Below are positions 1 to 14,672 of a stretch of 64,000 bases of DNA, in pieces. Position 1 is the stretch's first letter, and the number at the start of each line of letters is the position of its first letter. A program made the translations under genes and the position numbers. Below the pieces are notes generated by a model. It was not told the DNA's origin. It worked only from the letters and a program-made list of their open reading frames with translations, and searched no databases. The stretch comes from the human T2T-CHM13v2.0 reference genome, Homo sapiens: the NCBI RefSeq assembly GCF_009914755.1, contig NC_060945.1; one strand, 5' to 3'.

Positions 1-3000
1 GGTTGCTTCCCAGGCCTCACAACAGCACAACCTTAGAACCTAAAAAATCCAGCATGCTACTTGTGCATGCCAGGCTCAGAACTTTCCCACGTTGGCCCCT
101 GGCAGCTTATTCACAAAGACTGTCTGGTTCCAGCCAACTGCCGAGGTGCTGCCCATGTCAGGAGAGTGGGTGGAGGAGGGGAGAAGGGCTTCTCAGGACA
201 GAGGGTGTTTCTGCTTCACCAGGATTCCAGACACGGGCCACCCCCCTGAGCACGACTGGATGGTGCCCAGGCCTAGTGTATGCGCCCATGAATGTGAGTG
301 GCCAGTGCCAGTGGCAGAGGCCAGGCCTAAGGGGCTAAGAGCTCTGGAAGGATTGTCTGTTTCTGGGCAGACCACAGGTGGCTGCTGTGGCCCCATGCAG
401 GGCAGGGTCACGGAGGGACCACCTTGCTGGGAGGAGCTTGCAGTCCTGCCTGCCTGGGCAGGAGCTCAGGGAACACCTGACTCCCTTTTAAAGTCATAAA
501 ATCATATTTGAATATGAAATCTTCTGTTTTTTTAAATGTTGGAAACAAATTTGGACCATGTTGGCGATTGACTCACCTGTGCTTGTCACCACCTCTGAGG
601 ATGGCGTGGATGTTATCTGGTCACCAGAAGGAAAGCCAAGCACAGGGAAGGCTGGGGGCTGAGCCAGGACATGTCCTGGGTAGGGAAGGGAGGAGCTGGG
701 CTGGCCAGCACCCCCACAGGCTGAGACTGCCACCGATTCACGAGTCCACGGGGCCCAGGAGTCTGGGTCTACGTGGAAGTTGTCAAGGGCCCAGACTCCA
801 AGCAAGGCCAGGCCAAGCAGGCCTCTCAGGAAGATGCCGCACAGTGCCTGGAGCCCGGCTGGCAGCTTCTTTTCCTGGCAGTGTCGTGTCCTGTCACCAG
901 CCGTCAGAGCGCCCTCCGACCAGGGCGCGTGTTAGAGCAGGGACTGGAAGTTGTGAATGAATGACTAAATGCTTTCCTAGAGGCTGACCGAAATTTGTGA
1001 TTAGCTAGGATGTCCATTTCCAAGGCACAGCATGTGCTGTGACTGTCTAGGGGTGGCGTCCCCATGCAGCTTGTGCTTTGGGAGGGGCCAGCTGCCTCCT
1101 CGCCACTGCCCAGCATAGCTTGTCCCCGTGCCCGCCAAAGAGGTCCTCGTGCTGGCCTCACAACAGAAGACGGCCACAGCCCTGCTCTCCCCAGGCCACC
1201 ACGTCCACGAGTGCTGCACTGTGAGGGTGCAGCCCAGCGCCTCAGAGGCAGCAGCACCTGTGAGATGGCGTGCAGATGGAAGTAGGCCAATAGACTCCAA
1301 AGGAAGCACCACTGAAAAATCAGAGGCGTCTCTCAGAGGGGGCCCACGAGGGAGGTGGTATGAAAGGTTTTTAAAAGGACAAAGCAGACTTCGGAGCTGC
1401 CTCTAGAGGAGAGCAGCAGGTGAGTTCCGAGTTCACCTGGCACGCTTTTCGGCAGAGCCCAGGAATGCCCACTTCTGAGCGCTGAGTGCACAACCCAGCT
1501 CGGGAGGCCTGCGGCAGCAGGAATGGGGAGGCACCGTGAGTCCCTCAAAGCGCTGCTGGAAATGTCACTCTGCGCGGTGTCCACCCGTGCTCGGGGTGGG
1601 CAGCGCCACTGAATGACGCGGGCAGCTTGGGAGGCCGGTTCGCGAACGCCGCAGCAGCCTCTGCTGACACGGGGGCTGCTCCCCACTCACAGAGCCACAG
1701 GTTCCTGTGGGTTCATTTATGAGGATGTAGGAATCATAGGAGTTAGGTACATCTTTTCCTGAGGTGAGAGCCAGATGAGGGGAGCCAAGACAGAGAATAG
1801 CCCACGTCTGCCCTGGGCCCCGGGGGCGGGGCCTACACAGGCTCCCAGGAGTGTGGGTGGGGCCTGTTTAAACTTCATGCCCCGGGACCTGCCTGGGAGC
1901 CTCCTGCACAAGACTCGCCCCACTCCGGAGGCTTAGCAGCACCGGAGCTGCTCTGTGGCCTGTTGGCAGAGAGGAGTCTGGTGCTCCTGTGCACGGGGGT
2001 CACAGCAAAGCCAAGTGGCCGTAGCACCTTTAACACTGGCCCCGGGTCTCTACACCTCCCTGCCGGCCGTCAGCTCCCGGCCGCAGCCGGCACTGACCTG
2101 GAGCACCTTAAGGAGCCCCTCTGCAAGTCCCTGTGCATCTGAGAGGTCAGAGAGGCAGAAACACAGTTCCAGGGTTCAAACCTAATATGCCTCAGCATTC
2201 TGGGCACTCACATGGTGTGCTGGGCCTGGCCTGCCACATGGCCCCTGCGTGAGGAAGACAGAGCCTGGGCGTGGCCCCACATCCCTGTGAGCTGCCCATG
2301 GGCCTGGACCCTGGCTCTGGCAGACTAAGCTGCATAGCAGATCAGCTTCTCCTGAGCCATTTTCATCCAGGCCACACCTGCCAGCTTGGGCCAGGGACAG
2401 GCAGACCCTGGGCCCAGGGTCTTGAGCTTGACCCGCAGGAGGTCTGGGCCTTATGCCCTGGGGAGAGGAGAGCGCAGAAAGCCAGTGTCACGGCAGCCCC
2501 AGGGGAACAGGCCCCAGGCCTGGCGGGGTCTGGATCTCAGTTCCACAGGGGAAGCTGTGGCCGCAGGCATGGTAACCTCACCAAACAAAAAGCTGCCCAT
2601 CTTTCAGAATATGAGCAAGAAGTTTGTGAGTCCTTGATCACCAGAGGGGCAACGTGGGGCCCGAGATGACAAGGAGTCCAGGCCACCCACAGTAGCTCCT
2701 CCTTCAGCCTTACAGAGGGGCTGCCTGGTCTGCTTTCCTGGCCGTGGGTTGCCCCTCTCTGGGGGCCGATGTCAGCAGACCTGTGGGGGATACAAACAGA
2801 AGGAACCTTGGACCCCTTCCTGGTACCTCCTTACTCATCTGATTCAAACCCTCCCAATTCTGCCTCCAAAGTGGACCCTGACTCTCCCCAGTCCTTACCG
2901 TCCAGTCTCCAAGACCAGTCCACCCAGGGAGCGGCCAGAAGACAGCCCACCTGCGCCAGGCCTGTGTGTGCCTTTCCTGGCATCTGGAATGGGGTTTGGT

Positions 3001-3379
3001 GCTTGCTGCCTGTAGCCAGGCCTGCTGGTCATGCCTTCCTGCCCTGCTGGGCCTCATCTCCGTGACAACGTCTTGGCCTTCCTGCCATCCTTTGTAAGTG
3101 CTGCCTGGTCTGGGATCACGTGTGCCGGCTCCTCTGCTTGCAGTACTTGGCTGCACTTCCCAGTATATTCGTTAAAATGTTGTGACATGAGAATTAGCAT
3201 ATGACACGTACGTAACGTGAGCTGCGGAGCATAGCTTTCTCATGAACAGCCGTGACCCCAGGACCAGGCTAAGCGAGATGACCCATGCTGCCGTGGGTGC
3301 TTCCTCTTCTTTACCGTGATCCTGCATTTTGTTTTCTCATCTCTTCTCTTTAAAATAATTTTATTTTATTACACATGAT

Positions 3380-3870
3380 TGCTTGTTTCTGAACTCTTAG
3401 AAAGTGACATCAGTCCCTACATAGACTTCCCAAACCTGTTCTGTTTAGTCACACACAAGGTGTCTTAGGTTGGTATGTGTTTCTGGGCAGAGCTGCAGTT
3501 TGTGTGCCCGGCTGCATAGTGTTCCAGTGTGTGAATAGGCATCATTTATTTGTTTTTCCAGCAGGGTCATGCGGCTCGCTTGCCATTGTGAGTGATGCTT
3601 CCGTGGACATTCCTGTGTGTTTCTTTTGGTGCACACATGAGGTGTTTTTGGTTTAAGGAAGTGGAATTGCTGCATCATAAAGTCTGTGAAAGGTGAACTT
3701 TCAGGAACTTTCAGGACCATGTCAGTTTTTGTTTCAAAGCGCGGGTACCAATTCCCATCCCCCAGCAGCGTGTTAGCGCCACGGATGATCTACAGTCCAC
3801 CAACATTCTGAATGTTTGCCAATGCAGTGAATGTAAATAACGTTTCACTGTGGTCTGTATCTCCCGTTCC
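3380..3870 (-). mobile_element. Ancient L1 (L1ME-like) 3' fragment
   Basis: Diverged antisense L1 3' motifs, e.g. ggaagtggaattgctg, caaagcgcgggtaccaattcccatcccccagcag, tttcactgtggt. Confidence 0.6.
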
Positions 3871-4489
3871 ACATGCTCTTGTGCTGTGACTTTGATGCAC
3901 CTCCCGCCAGGGAGGGGATCGTGACCCTCCCTTTAATCTGGGCAGGCATGTGCCTCCAGCGGAAATGATGTTATGTGACATCTGTGTGCAAGCCACAGGC
4001 AGCAGCACAGCGCTGCAGAGCTCCCAGGATGCTGGCTCTTGGAGCCTAGGGATGGCGCTGTGAGAACAGGCCACGGCGCCCTAGCTTCAGGTTATAGGGC
4101 ATGGCTACGTGCCTGTGGAAATTCTCCTGCGGGCGGTTTCATGTCGAAGGCCTACCTGTAGCCCTGGGTTGTCTGCCTCTTGGGGGTAGCGGCTGTGTGG
4201 AATGCCTGCGTTCTGGATTTGGCTGGCTGCCTCCTCTGGCATGGTGCAGAGCCCACCTGCAACCCCATATTTGCCCTGGTAGGTCTGAGGTGCGATTCCA
4301 CTCAGATTTATTTTTCCTGTGAGGCGAGCGAGCTTCCTAGGTGGCACTGCACGTTGCACCGCATGGCATGATGAGGCGTGTGGTCTGGCCGCTCCTTCAC
4401 TGGTGCTGAGACTGAGGATTGAGCTTAGGGGGTCAGCCTGATCCGCCACTGCTGGGTTCCCCACCAGCCTTGCAGCTTGCTGTCAATAT

Positions 4490-6235
4490 TCATTGATGGT
4501 CATTGCCTGGATGCAGTACACATTAGGGGCTGCAGAACGGTGATTTTCTAATTGTGTTGTTCTTTCTGTACTTATTAGTTGGGATTCATCTATGTGGAAT
4601 AACGTTTGCCTCATCCACTAGGGCTGTTTGGTTACCTAAACTATGGTTCATGCCAGAAAGACAGGATAGATGCTTCATTCTTTGCACTCAGTTGTTCTCA
4701 CTGCGATGAGTTGGTTTCTGGAAGCCCCAGTGTTGTCCTGTGAGTTTGTGTCTTTCCCTGCTTTTCTCTCCCTGTGAAGCATCATTGTTAACTGGTGGAT
4801 GTTATACACACAGTGGAGTTTGGCCAGTGCAGCTGCCATTTCTTTACTCAAACTGTTCTGTAGTTTTTGGGCTCCCCTCGCTTTCTGATGTAACCACATC
4901 AGTCTTGGATGGCTTTATTGCCTTCTGTCGTATGTGTTCCCACCTTACCTTTTATATTTTCTTCCACAGACCACCTGGAATCAAACTCTTTTGGGAGACC
5001 TGTTTTTGTTCTAATAATAATAATAATAATACTATTTGGGAAGTAGTATTTAGAGACCACAGCGTGAGTATTAGGAGTGCTTATTGCAATTGGGTTGTCA
5101 TTGATTTTTTATAATTTAGTGAACAGAAATAAGAAATGTTTGTAATTTTAAAAGAAGAGAAAATTAAGATAAATATTTCTAAATCATATTTAAGATTACA
5201 TTATTTTAACTTAAAAATTTAAAACTTATACTAGTTTTTCTTTTCTCTCATCATTACCATGATTACTTATTTGTTTTAGCCTAAGTAAATATATAACAGG
5301 TTTGGAGAATAATACCAATATTATGATTAATGACTAAATTTAGAGCAATATATTTCTTTGCACTTTTTTCTGTCTGTATAATATATTCCCTTGAGGATAT
5401 GCAGTCAGATTCCTGTGTTTTAAGGTCAGTGCCTACAGTCCTTCTCTCTGTGGTTATAGCTTCAACTGAAATTCCTGCATTTGATTATGTAAAATACAAA
5501 CATTTACATGATTCTAAAGTCAAAATTATTGCAAGGGCTATTCACAAAAGTCTCACTTTCCTCCCTTTCTCTCCATTCAGTTCCCTTCCTTCTCCTGTAA
5601 GTAGCTTTTAAGTTTTTTAATCTTTCCATTTTTTCTTTTCGAAAACATGAACAAATGTGTGCATACATGAATTCTTCAACTTAGTAAACTTTTCCTCCAT
5701 GTTCATATTTCTTTTCACTTTTAGGAAGGTTTGTATTTTTTTTCTTGGCTTTATATTATCACTCTCTATATAATTCACATAAACCCCTCTTTTTACATAA
5801 TTTCTATTGACTTACTGTTATAAGCAGTATTAAAATTAGCCAGAAGTCTCTTCTTCCTCCTCTCCCACTCCTAATTTTTGTTTGTTCTCCCACCTCTTCC
5901 TCCCATTTCATTAGTGTATTAACTTTATTTTAAGCACATTTAATGGTTACATATTATCCTGTCACCCTTAACTCCATCATTTAGTCCTAGTTCAGTAGTT
6001 AAATGTGTTTGACACTTACCACCATACCTTATGACAAAGCTTCTCCAATTATTTCGTGGTTGGCCCAACCCCATTTTATATTATGTTCTTCAGGATGGGC
6101 TCATCAGAAAAATATTTCCTGTGTTCTTGTGGAGTCATATCTTTTTATCTGTAGCCTTCACAGGAGAAAGGTAATTTGGCTTCATAAAATCCTTGGTTCA
6201 CATTTTTCTCTTTAGTATCTTAAATATGTTGCTTT
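4490..6235 (-). mobile_element. Ancient L1MC/HAL1-like fragments
   Basis: AT-rich, with L1MC4-like 3' motifs (attaggggctgcagaacggtgattttctaatt) and HAL1/ORF1-like tttggcttcataaaatccttggttcac. Boundaries approximate. Confidence 0.45.
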
Positions 6236-6263
6236 ACGCCATGGTGATTCTGACTGTGTATAG

Positions 6264-6600
<337 letters not shown>

Positions 6601-6783
6601 TGTGTCTTAGTTTTCAACCAAAAGTTTAAAAATAAAAGTATAACAATTTTAAGAATAGAAAGAAGCTTATAAAATAAAGATATAAAGAAAATATTTTGTG
6701 GTGCTGTACAATTTGTGTGTGTGTGTTTTAAGCTAAGTACTATAAAAAAATTTAAAAGTTTATAGAGTAAAAATGTTACAGTA

Positions 6784-7110
<327 letters not shown>

Positions 7111-7303
7111 TTATTGAAGAAAGAAAAATATTTTCATAAAATTAGGATAACTTAAGTGTACAGTATCTCTAAAGTCTACAGTAGTCATCCTGTCCCAAGC
7201 CTTCATATTTACTCACCACTCACTCATGGACTCACCAGAGCAACTTCCAGTCCTGTGAGCTCCATTCATAATAAGTGCCCTAGACAGGTGTGCCATTTTA
7301 TTA

Positions 7304-7585
<282 letters not shown>

Positions 7586-9049
7586 TAGATACACAAATAC
7601 ATAGAACTGTGTCACAGTTGCCTACAGTATTCAGTACAGTCATGTGTTGTGTACCGCTTTGTAGCCTAGGAGCAATAGGCTATACCATCTAGCCTGGGTG
7701 TGTCAGCTCTCTCACCTAGGTTTGGGTAAGTATATTCTACGATATTTGCACAGTGATGAAATCACCTAAAAGTGCATTTCTCAGAACGTATTCTCATCAT
7801 TAACGCAGGACTGTGTGTCTCCCCACGCTCTTGGAAGATGCAGCAGGAATCGCGGTTGTATGTATGTTGGATCTCTTTTGCCTGTCTTTTTGTCTGTCAT
7901 GTTCTCCTGAACCTTTTTTACCTCTCTTTCTGTTTAATTATTTTCATTCTCTTCTTTCTGTTTTATTCCTGTGCCTTCTGTGATGTCTCCTTACTCTTAC
8001 ATTTCTTCTACTTTTCATTTCTGAAAAAAAAAAATCTAGTTGGTTCGTGAGTTCTGTCAATAGTAAAATGTCTTCCTGTTTTCTTGCCATTCCACTTCTG
8101 AGATGTTCTAATACTATTTTAAATTATGTTCTTCTAAAATGATGGTTATTTTCTTAATTTTTAGTTCAGTTTCACATATTACGCTATGAGTTTCGTTTTC
8201 TTTGTGTCCATAGTTTTTTGGTATATTTTCATTATCTGCTAGTGTGTTATTTATCATACTTTTACTTCTTTTTGGTAGTGTTCTCATACGGGATTTGATC
8301 ATAATTCTTTGTGTCCCATTTTTAAATAAGAGTCTTCCTGGACTATTAGGAGAAAGTTTTCTGTAGAGGAATTGGGAATGAGCCAAAGTAGCATTCCTAG
8401 CCTCAACAACCAAGAGGTCTCTCTGTTATTACGGTGAAATATGTTTGAGGCCTGTGTGTGTGGACACTTCTGTCTCTAGAAATCACTTCCAACTCAGGAG
8501 GGCTCCCTTCCCTGACTCTGTTGTCTAGAGACGCACAGCCTCTCACTCTCCACGCTGAGCTGTTTGTTGCCTTCAATCACTGCCCTTTGTCACCAGTATG
8601 TGCTGGGGCTCACCTCCTCTGGATCTCTCTTTCTCTAGCACTTTCAATACAAAAATACCTCGTGTTCCAGGCTAGCTGAATTTGTGTTTTGCTTTGGGCA
8701 GTTTTCTTCCAGGCGATTCTCTGTGCAGAAGTGAATCTTCATTGTGTATTTCTGAGATACTTGAGGACTTAGGCCCTTCAGTATGGCTTAAATTTCCAGT
8801 GAACTCCTTAATAGTTCTTTTTTGTTGTGTTGTGTTGTGTTTTCTTGTTGCTTTCCTGGAACTTGGAGACTACAAGTACGATTTGGAGTTTCTCCATTTG
8901 CTCTCAGGATATTCACCTAGATTCCCACTTGGTGTGAGAAATCATAAATTCAATTGCTTTAATTGTTGTAGGGATATTGAGATTGTCTGTTTCATTTTTT
9001 ATTTTGTTTGTTTGTTTGTTTGTTCGTTCTCCATATCGCCTACTTATTT

Positions 9050-9875
9050 GTTCAGGCTTTTTTAGAAACTTGGTTTGAGCCTGTCTATAAAAAGCTCAGT
9101 GAAGCTGCTTTAAAATCCTGGTAAGGGAATTCTAGCATCTCTGTTATCTCAGTGTTGGCCTCTGTTGATTTTCTTTTGTCTTTCATGTTGAGGTATGCCT
9201 AATGTTTGGCACGACACATAATTTTTGTTTGTGTCCTGGAAGTATAGGTTATTATGTTATGATAGTCTGAATCTTACATCAATCTTCTGTTTCGGCCTCT
9301 GTTGACACCATGGGGAAGGGATGTCTTGTTACCAGCAAGCTAGGGTGGAGATCCAGGCTCCTCCCTGGATCCTGGGGACACCACCGGTGGGGAGAAGGGT
9401 GCTTGGTACTGCTGGGTGGGAGTGGAAGCCGAGGCTCTCAGCTCAGCCCCTCTGACCGGGCAGGGTGCTGTGTGTGTCCTGTCCTGTGCATGGAGCAGGG
9501 CAGGTATTCTCAAATGCTTTCTGACCTAATAGGTTCCTCCTTTCCCATTCCTTTCCCTAGAGAGAATTTTCTTGAGACTGTTTTTTTCCAGTGTGTATCC
9601 TTTGGCATTTTTCAGTTGCTTTTCCAGTGCCCTGTCTGAAATATAGAGGAGGAAGCACAAACAAAATGAACAAACAAATAAGAAACCCAAAGAATAGCGA
9701 ACTCACCGCTGTGTCATTCTCCAAATCCCAAGGGCCCAGCCAGCCCCCTTCTTCCCTCCAGCTTTCAGGGTTCTCTTCTGTTTGTTCCACATGTAATGTC
9801 CAGAGTTGTTGGCTGTGCTCAGCAGGAAGAATAGGGAGAGAGGTGTCTATTCCATCCTGTCCAGAACCAGAAGGC
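9050..9875 (-). mobile_element. L1MC-type 5' end (UTR/ORF1 start)
   Basis: Resembles L1MC 5' ends (gctgctttaaaatcc...gaactcaccgctgtgtcattc...cagcaggaagaatagggag...ccagaaccagaag) and is similar to 52380-53820. Confidence 0.6.
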
Positions 9876-11410
9876 ATGGCTTCCTTTACGTGACTACTAT
9901 CCCCTGTGCCTTCGCAGTTGTTTTTCTTGATTAATCTCATCAGAGGGTTGTATATTATTTAGACTTTAAGAACCAAATTTTATATTTACTGATCTTCTCA
10001 GTTGCCTTTGTTTCTTTGCTTAACTTCTGAACTTTTCTTTATTATTACCTTTCCACTTTCTGTGGATACTTTCTGTTCTTTTTCTAACTTTTTAAATGGG
10101 ATTCGTGACTCACTAATTTTGTGTTTCTTTACTCCTTTTAAAAGCTATAAACTTTACTGTGAGTTCTGTTGCAGCTGTTTGCTACAAATTTTGGCATGCA
10201 ATAATTTTATTATTGTTGAGGTCTGTTTTCTGATCTCATCTATTTCTTATCTGGAAACATTTAAAAAGTGTTTTGTCCAAGGGAATTGTAAAGTTATCTT
10301 TTGCTAATGATATTTAATTGCCTACTGAGTAGGAGATATGTTCTGTGGACTCCATGTTTTCAACATTTGTTGAAACCTGCAATATGAACTAAAACGTTAT
10401 CAATTTTTGTTTTGTTCTCTGAGAGCCTTAGGAGAATGTGTTACCTCTGCTTGTCAGGTACAGGGTTTTATATACACACAGACACACATACGCACTATCA
10501 TGTTGTTTGTGCTGTTAATATATTCTGCATCTTTATTACTTTTGTGGGGTATACTTGTGTGAACTGTAAAGGAGAGAGGTATGTTGGCATCTCCCACCAG
10601 TTGGGCGATTTGGGGCCTGTGACCTCTGACCTCACTGCTCCTTCTTGTAGCATTCTTCCTCCATTAATGCTCGTCTCTCTCCTTGACCTTCTTTCAGTCT
10701 TTCTTCTCAGTGTTTCTACCCAAAATTGCAGGCCCCAGCTCCAGCAGTCTGGTTGCGGACAAGGCCGTGCTTGTTTTTCATTGGGCTGGTCTGTCCAGCT
10801 CCAAGGCTGCCCTTTGAGCCGGACGATTGACCCACTGCATTAGGAAATGCTTTGCCGTCTTGGTGAGAGCCCCACTTTAGGGAGGTCTTGCACACTGCTG
10901 CATGGAGCATAGACACGTTGGGTGGGAGGTGCCCCAGCACCTAAGGACTCTTATGATTGGGTGGCAGGGGTGGGTGGTGCTGCCCTGCCCTCCAGAGCCC
11001 TTCACATGGTCCAGATGTCACCCAGCGCAAGGTGAGGGAGCCCTGGGGTCACATTCTCCACCCTCCCTCCAGCATTGTTGCAGCCGCAGGACACCTGCCA
11101 GGGTAGAATTCAGCGTGGCTGGAGGATTTTGTGTGGCAGAAGTAATGGAGATGGTAGGCAGGCTGGTCTCCCCGCTCCTCTGTGAGCACTGTGTGTTGGT
11201 GCTCCCTGCCAATGGTGCTCCCCGCGGCATGGTTCCACGCGCACCACAAGGGCAGCGTGGCTTCCTCATCTTAGATGTGACAGAATGGAGATAGTTCTGG
11301 GTGTTAGCCCACAAAAGTGGCAACGTTAGGGTCCAAACTCTGGTACATATGAAACCATGGTTCTTCTTTCTTCCTCTCCAGGCAGATTCATAAGAAGAAG
11401 ACTGGGTCTG

Positions 11411-11565
11411 AGTTTATATACATATATATAAAGTTATATATAAACTTCATATACGTATATAAAGTTATAACTTTATATACGTATATGAAGTTTATATACG
11501 TATATAAAGTTTATATATATGCTTTATTTATATATATAGTTTACATATATATATGCTTTATTTAA
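11411..11565. repeat. AT-rich low-complexity tract containing a perfect 62-bp palindrome (11437-11498)
   Basis: Pairing checked base by base around the centre at 11467/11468. Confidence 0.9.
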
Positions 11566-11965
11566 GGTTGAACAAAATTTTGCATTCATCAGAAGCTTCC
11601 TTTTATGAATTCTTAGACTTTTTTACTGGGTACCCCAGAGATTTAAGGTATCAGCTTGAATATCTTCTAAACTGTTCTCCCTAAAAGGACCATACCTGGA
11701 TTCTCAAGGAGTCCACCTCCGGAGGGGTCACTGACAGTTCTGCTCTCTTATGCCTTTTGTTCATCTTAACCAGCCTTGGTTAGCAAGGGGCACCTGCCAC
11801 CAGATGATCTCTTACCAAGTCATGGTTTCCTGTCTGAAGCGGTTTCCCTGATGCTGAGAGGCATGAGGAGAATGTTACAGAGAGACAGCATGCTGCCTTG
11901 TGATTGTCTGAGGTTTGAAACCTTCTGGTGAAGCTGAAACCATTTCTTAAGAGCCTGGCTAATGC

Positions 11966-12365
11966 TGTGAGCTGCTTAAGCACCCGTGTGCACATGTGTG
12001 TAAGTGTGTGCCTTTGCCATGTGTATGCATGTGAGCTGCTTAAGCACCTGTGTCCACACGTGTGAGTGTGTGCCTTCACCTGTGTATGTGTGTGTGTGAG
12101 CTGCTTAAGCACCCGCGTGTACATGTTTGTGAGTGTGTGCCTTTGCTGTGTGTATGCATGTGTGTGAGCTGCTTAAGCACCCGTGTGCACACGTGTGAGT
12201 GTGTGCCTTTGCCGTGTGTATGCATGTGTGTGAACTGCTTAAGCACCCGTGTGCACATGTGTGAGTGTGTGCCTTTGCCATGTGCATGCATGTGTGTGAG
12301 CTGCTTAAGCACCCGTTTGCACATGTATGTGAGTGTGTGCCTTTGCCATGTGTATGCATGTGTGT
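11966..12365. repeat. Minisatellite, ~66-bp unit x6 (TG-rich)
   Basis: (g/a)ctgcttaagcac recurs at 11971, 12035, 12100, 12168, 12234 and 12300. Confidence 0.95.
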
Positions 12366-12829
12366 AGTTTGCAGCTGAGTGCACTGCTTTTGTCTGGACT
12401 GTGCCCAGGAGGGAATGTGACACCCTTGGGGTCCTTGCCTTTGAAGCTGATCTGTTGTGGCAGCCAGTTCAGCATGTTCAGCAAGATGTTAAAGCCATTG
12501 CTCTGCTGTTACTCCCGGGGTCTCACAGCCAGAGCAGGCCAGAGGTGAGGAAGGGGATCCCATGCCTCCTTCATCTCCTCTGTCTCCTTGCCTTCCTAAA
12601 CAGCTGTGTTTCCCACTGAAAAGGGAGCTGCAGAGCATTTCCACGTGGAGATTCCATCTCGTTTGTATCCAGCTCCATCAGGGGCCTGCTCTCAGGCTCC
12701 CCTGGGCGTGTGCGTGAGGTTGGAAGAGGCGGGTCACTGCAGGAATGTGTCGTTCTGTCATGTCACTCTCTCGATGTCTGGTCTCATGGGGTTCCTTACC
12801 AATTTAGGGACTTGTTAGGGAGATATCTA

Positions 12830-14660
12830 GAACTATATTGATAGATATACATCATGAACCAGTTCCCCTTAGGTGTTTCTAAAATGATATAAATTACCAA
12901 GGAAATAGCCTTTGGTTAAAGTTCATTATTTTCTGGTCTTGCATTGTTAGCATAGACTGCTGTCTGCTGTCTGTGCCATTTCTATTTCATGTAACTTACT
13001 GAGGTTTTCTTTGTGCCCTAATACAAGCTAGTTTTTTGTTTGTTTTTTTTTTTTAACGAATGTTTCAAGTATGTTTAAGAAGAAAGTATAATCTCTATTA
13101 TTGGAGTACAAAGTTTGATGTAATGTCCCTAAGACCTACCTCCTGTTACTAGCTCTCTGTCATGCTGAGTTATTTTTGACCCCTTACCTTGCCATGGCTG
13201 ACAGTCATGTGTTAATGATTGCTGTTCTTAGGTTTCTGTTTCTTTCCCCAACATCTATAGTTTCTGCATTATAAAGCCAGCTTCCGTGTTTGGGGTTCTA
13301 GCAGATTCTTAACTCATATGGCTTCACCGCGCACTGGGTCCTCCGGCATCAAGAAGTGCCCTTCTTGGTCTTGCTTCCTGCTTTGAGGTGAGGCTGGACC
13401 TTGTCCCACAGGGAGATTGCAATCCCTGCTCTTCAGCCTGGTGCGCTGGCCTCACGTGCTTCTGCTCATTCCTTGACACTGAGCCTTTTCAAATCACTTG
13501 GCAATTGTCATGTCTCTTGTGTAAAGCAGAGCTGGCTTTGTGAGCCAAGTGGAAATTTTTCACAGGGCCAAAACCATTTACATTTACTCATGTGTTGCTA
13601 GGACCAGTATGTCCAGTCCCAACTGCCACATAACTTGCTCCTGTATTTAATGTGTGTGTTGTGTTTTATTTATTGTGCATCTTTTTATTTTTTACATGTG
13701 GTTTGTGTCTTTGCTTTTTTTTTCTGTTGTTTTTGGCATTTAGGAAGGTCTGTGTTTTGTTCTGCTGGCTACTGTTATAAATAACACCTCTCATTGCACC
13801 CTTAGTCCCTTGTTTCTTCCTCTGACCTCTTTATTTTGGCTTGTCTGGTGGGATTCTTTTCTCCCACCTATTTTTCATGCTTCAGTCTATGAGCTTATTC
13901 TACATTCCTTTTTTTCTGATTCATCTACCTCTGATTTATTTGCTGTATTTTTACTTTTGCAGAACAGCATGCTTCCCGATAAGAAGCTGTTTCACACCCC
14001 ACCTCCATCCTTACCCTCACTTTCTCTTTTAGTCTGTGCTCAACAGATTTGTTATTTTTGTTTATGTCAAATTTCCCAGTGGTCTCTTGGCTTGAGGAAG
14101 ATTCTTTTGTAGTGGGTTTGGGCCTGGAAACACAGTGTTCATTGAGTTCTTAGCTATTTAAAACTATTTCTCTAGAGCTTTAATTTTGAAGGACAGTTTG
14201 GCTGACATAAAATCCTTTGGTCACACTTTATTTTTACTTGAGTTTATGAAAATAATTGCTCCACTGTTCACTTACCTTGTACATTGCAGTCAGGAAGTCC
14301 GATCCCCATCTGATTTTCTTCCCTTTGTGAATAAGCTGGTCTTTTTGCCTGGAGTCCCAAAGAATTTTCTCTCAGTTGTAATCATTACTGGGGAGTGCCT
14401 TCAGGGCCACCGTTCTGGGTCAGTTTGTTCAAGTACATGATGAGCCTTTCAACTTGTCGATTATTTTTTTCCTAAGAACATTTCTAGGATTTTAAGTATT
14501 AGGTCTGTTTCGTAGTTTTGCTTTTCTGTTTTGGGAACTCCAGTCTTTGTTTCTTGGGTCTTTGTTGGCCTGGGCTCTGTATCTGGCAGCTTCTCTGCGC
14601 GTCTCTCACCTCTTGGTCAGCCTCATGTTCTCTTTGATGTTCTCAGTCCTCCTGCAGTGT
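12830..14660 (-). mobile_element. Ancient L1/HAL1 fragments
   Basis: T-rich diverged antisense L1/HAL1 motifs (gaaggacagtttggctgacataaaatcc). Boundaries approximate. Confidence 0.45.
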
Positions 14661-14672
14661 TCCTTATGCAGT

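Noticed and set aside
1-3050. Possible overlap with an annotated antisense lncRNA (PCBP3-AS1) recalled from this locus
   Set aside because: Based on memory of annotation only; nothing in the sequence defines its exons.
11966-12365. CRISPR-like appearance of regularly spaced repeats (also the other arrays)
   Set aside because: Intervening sequences are themselves repeated, not unique spacers; primate intron with no cas genes.
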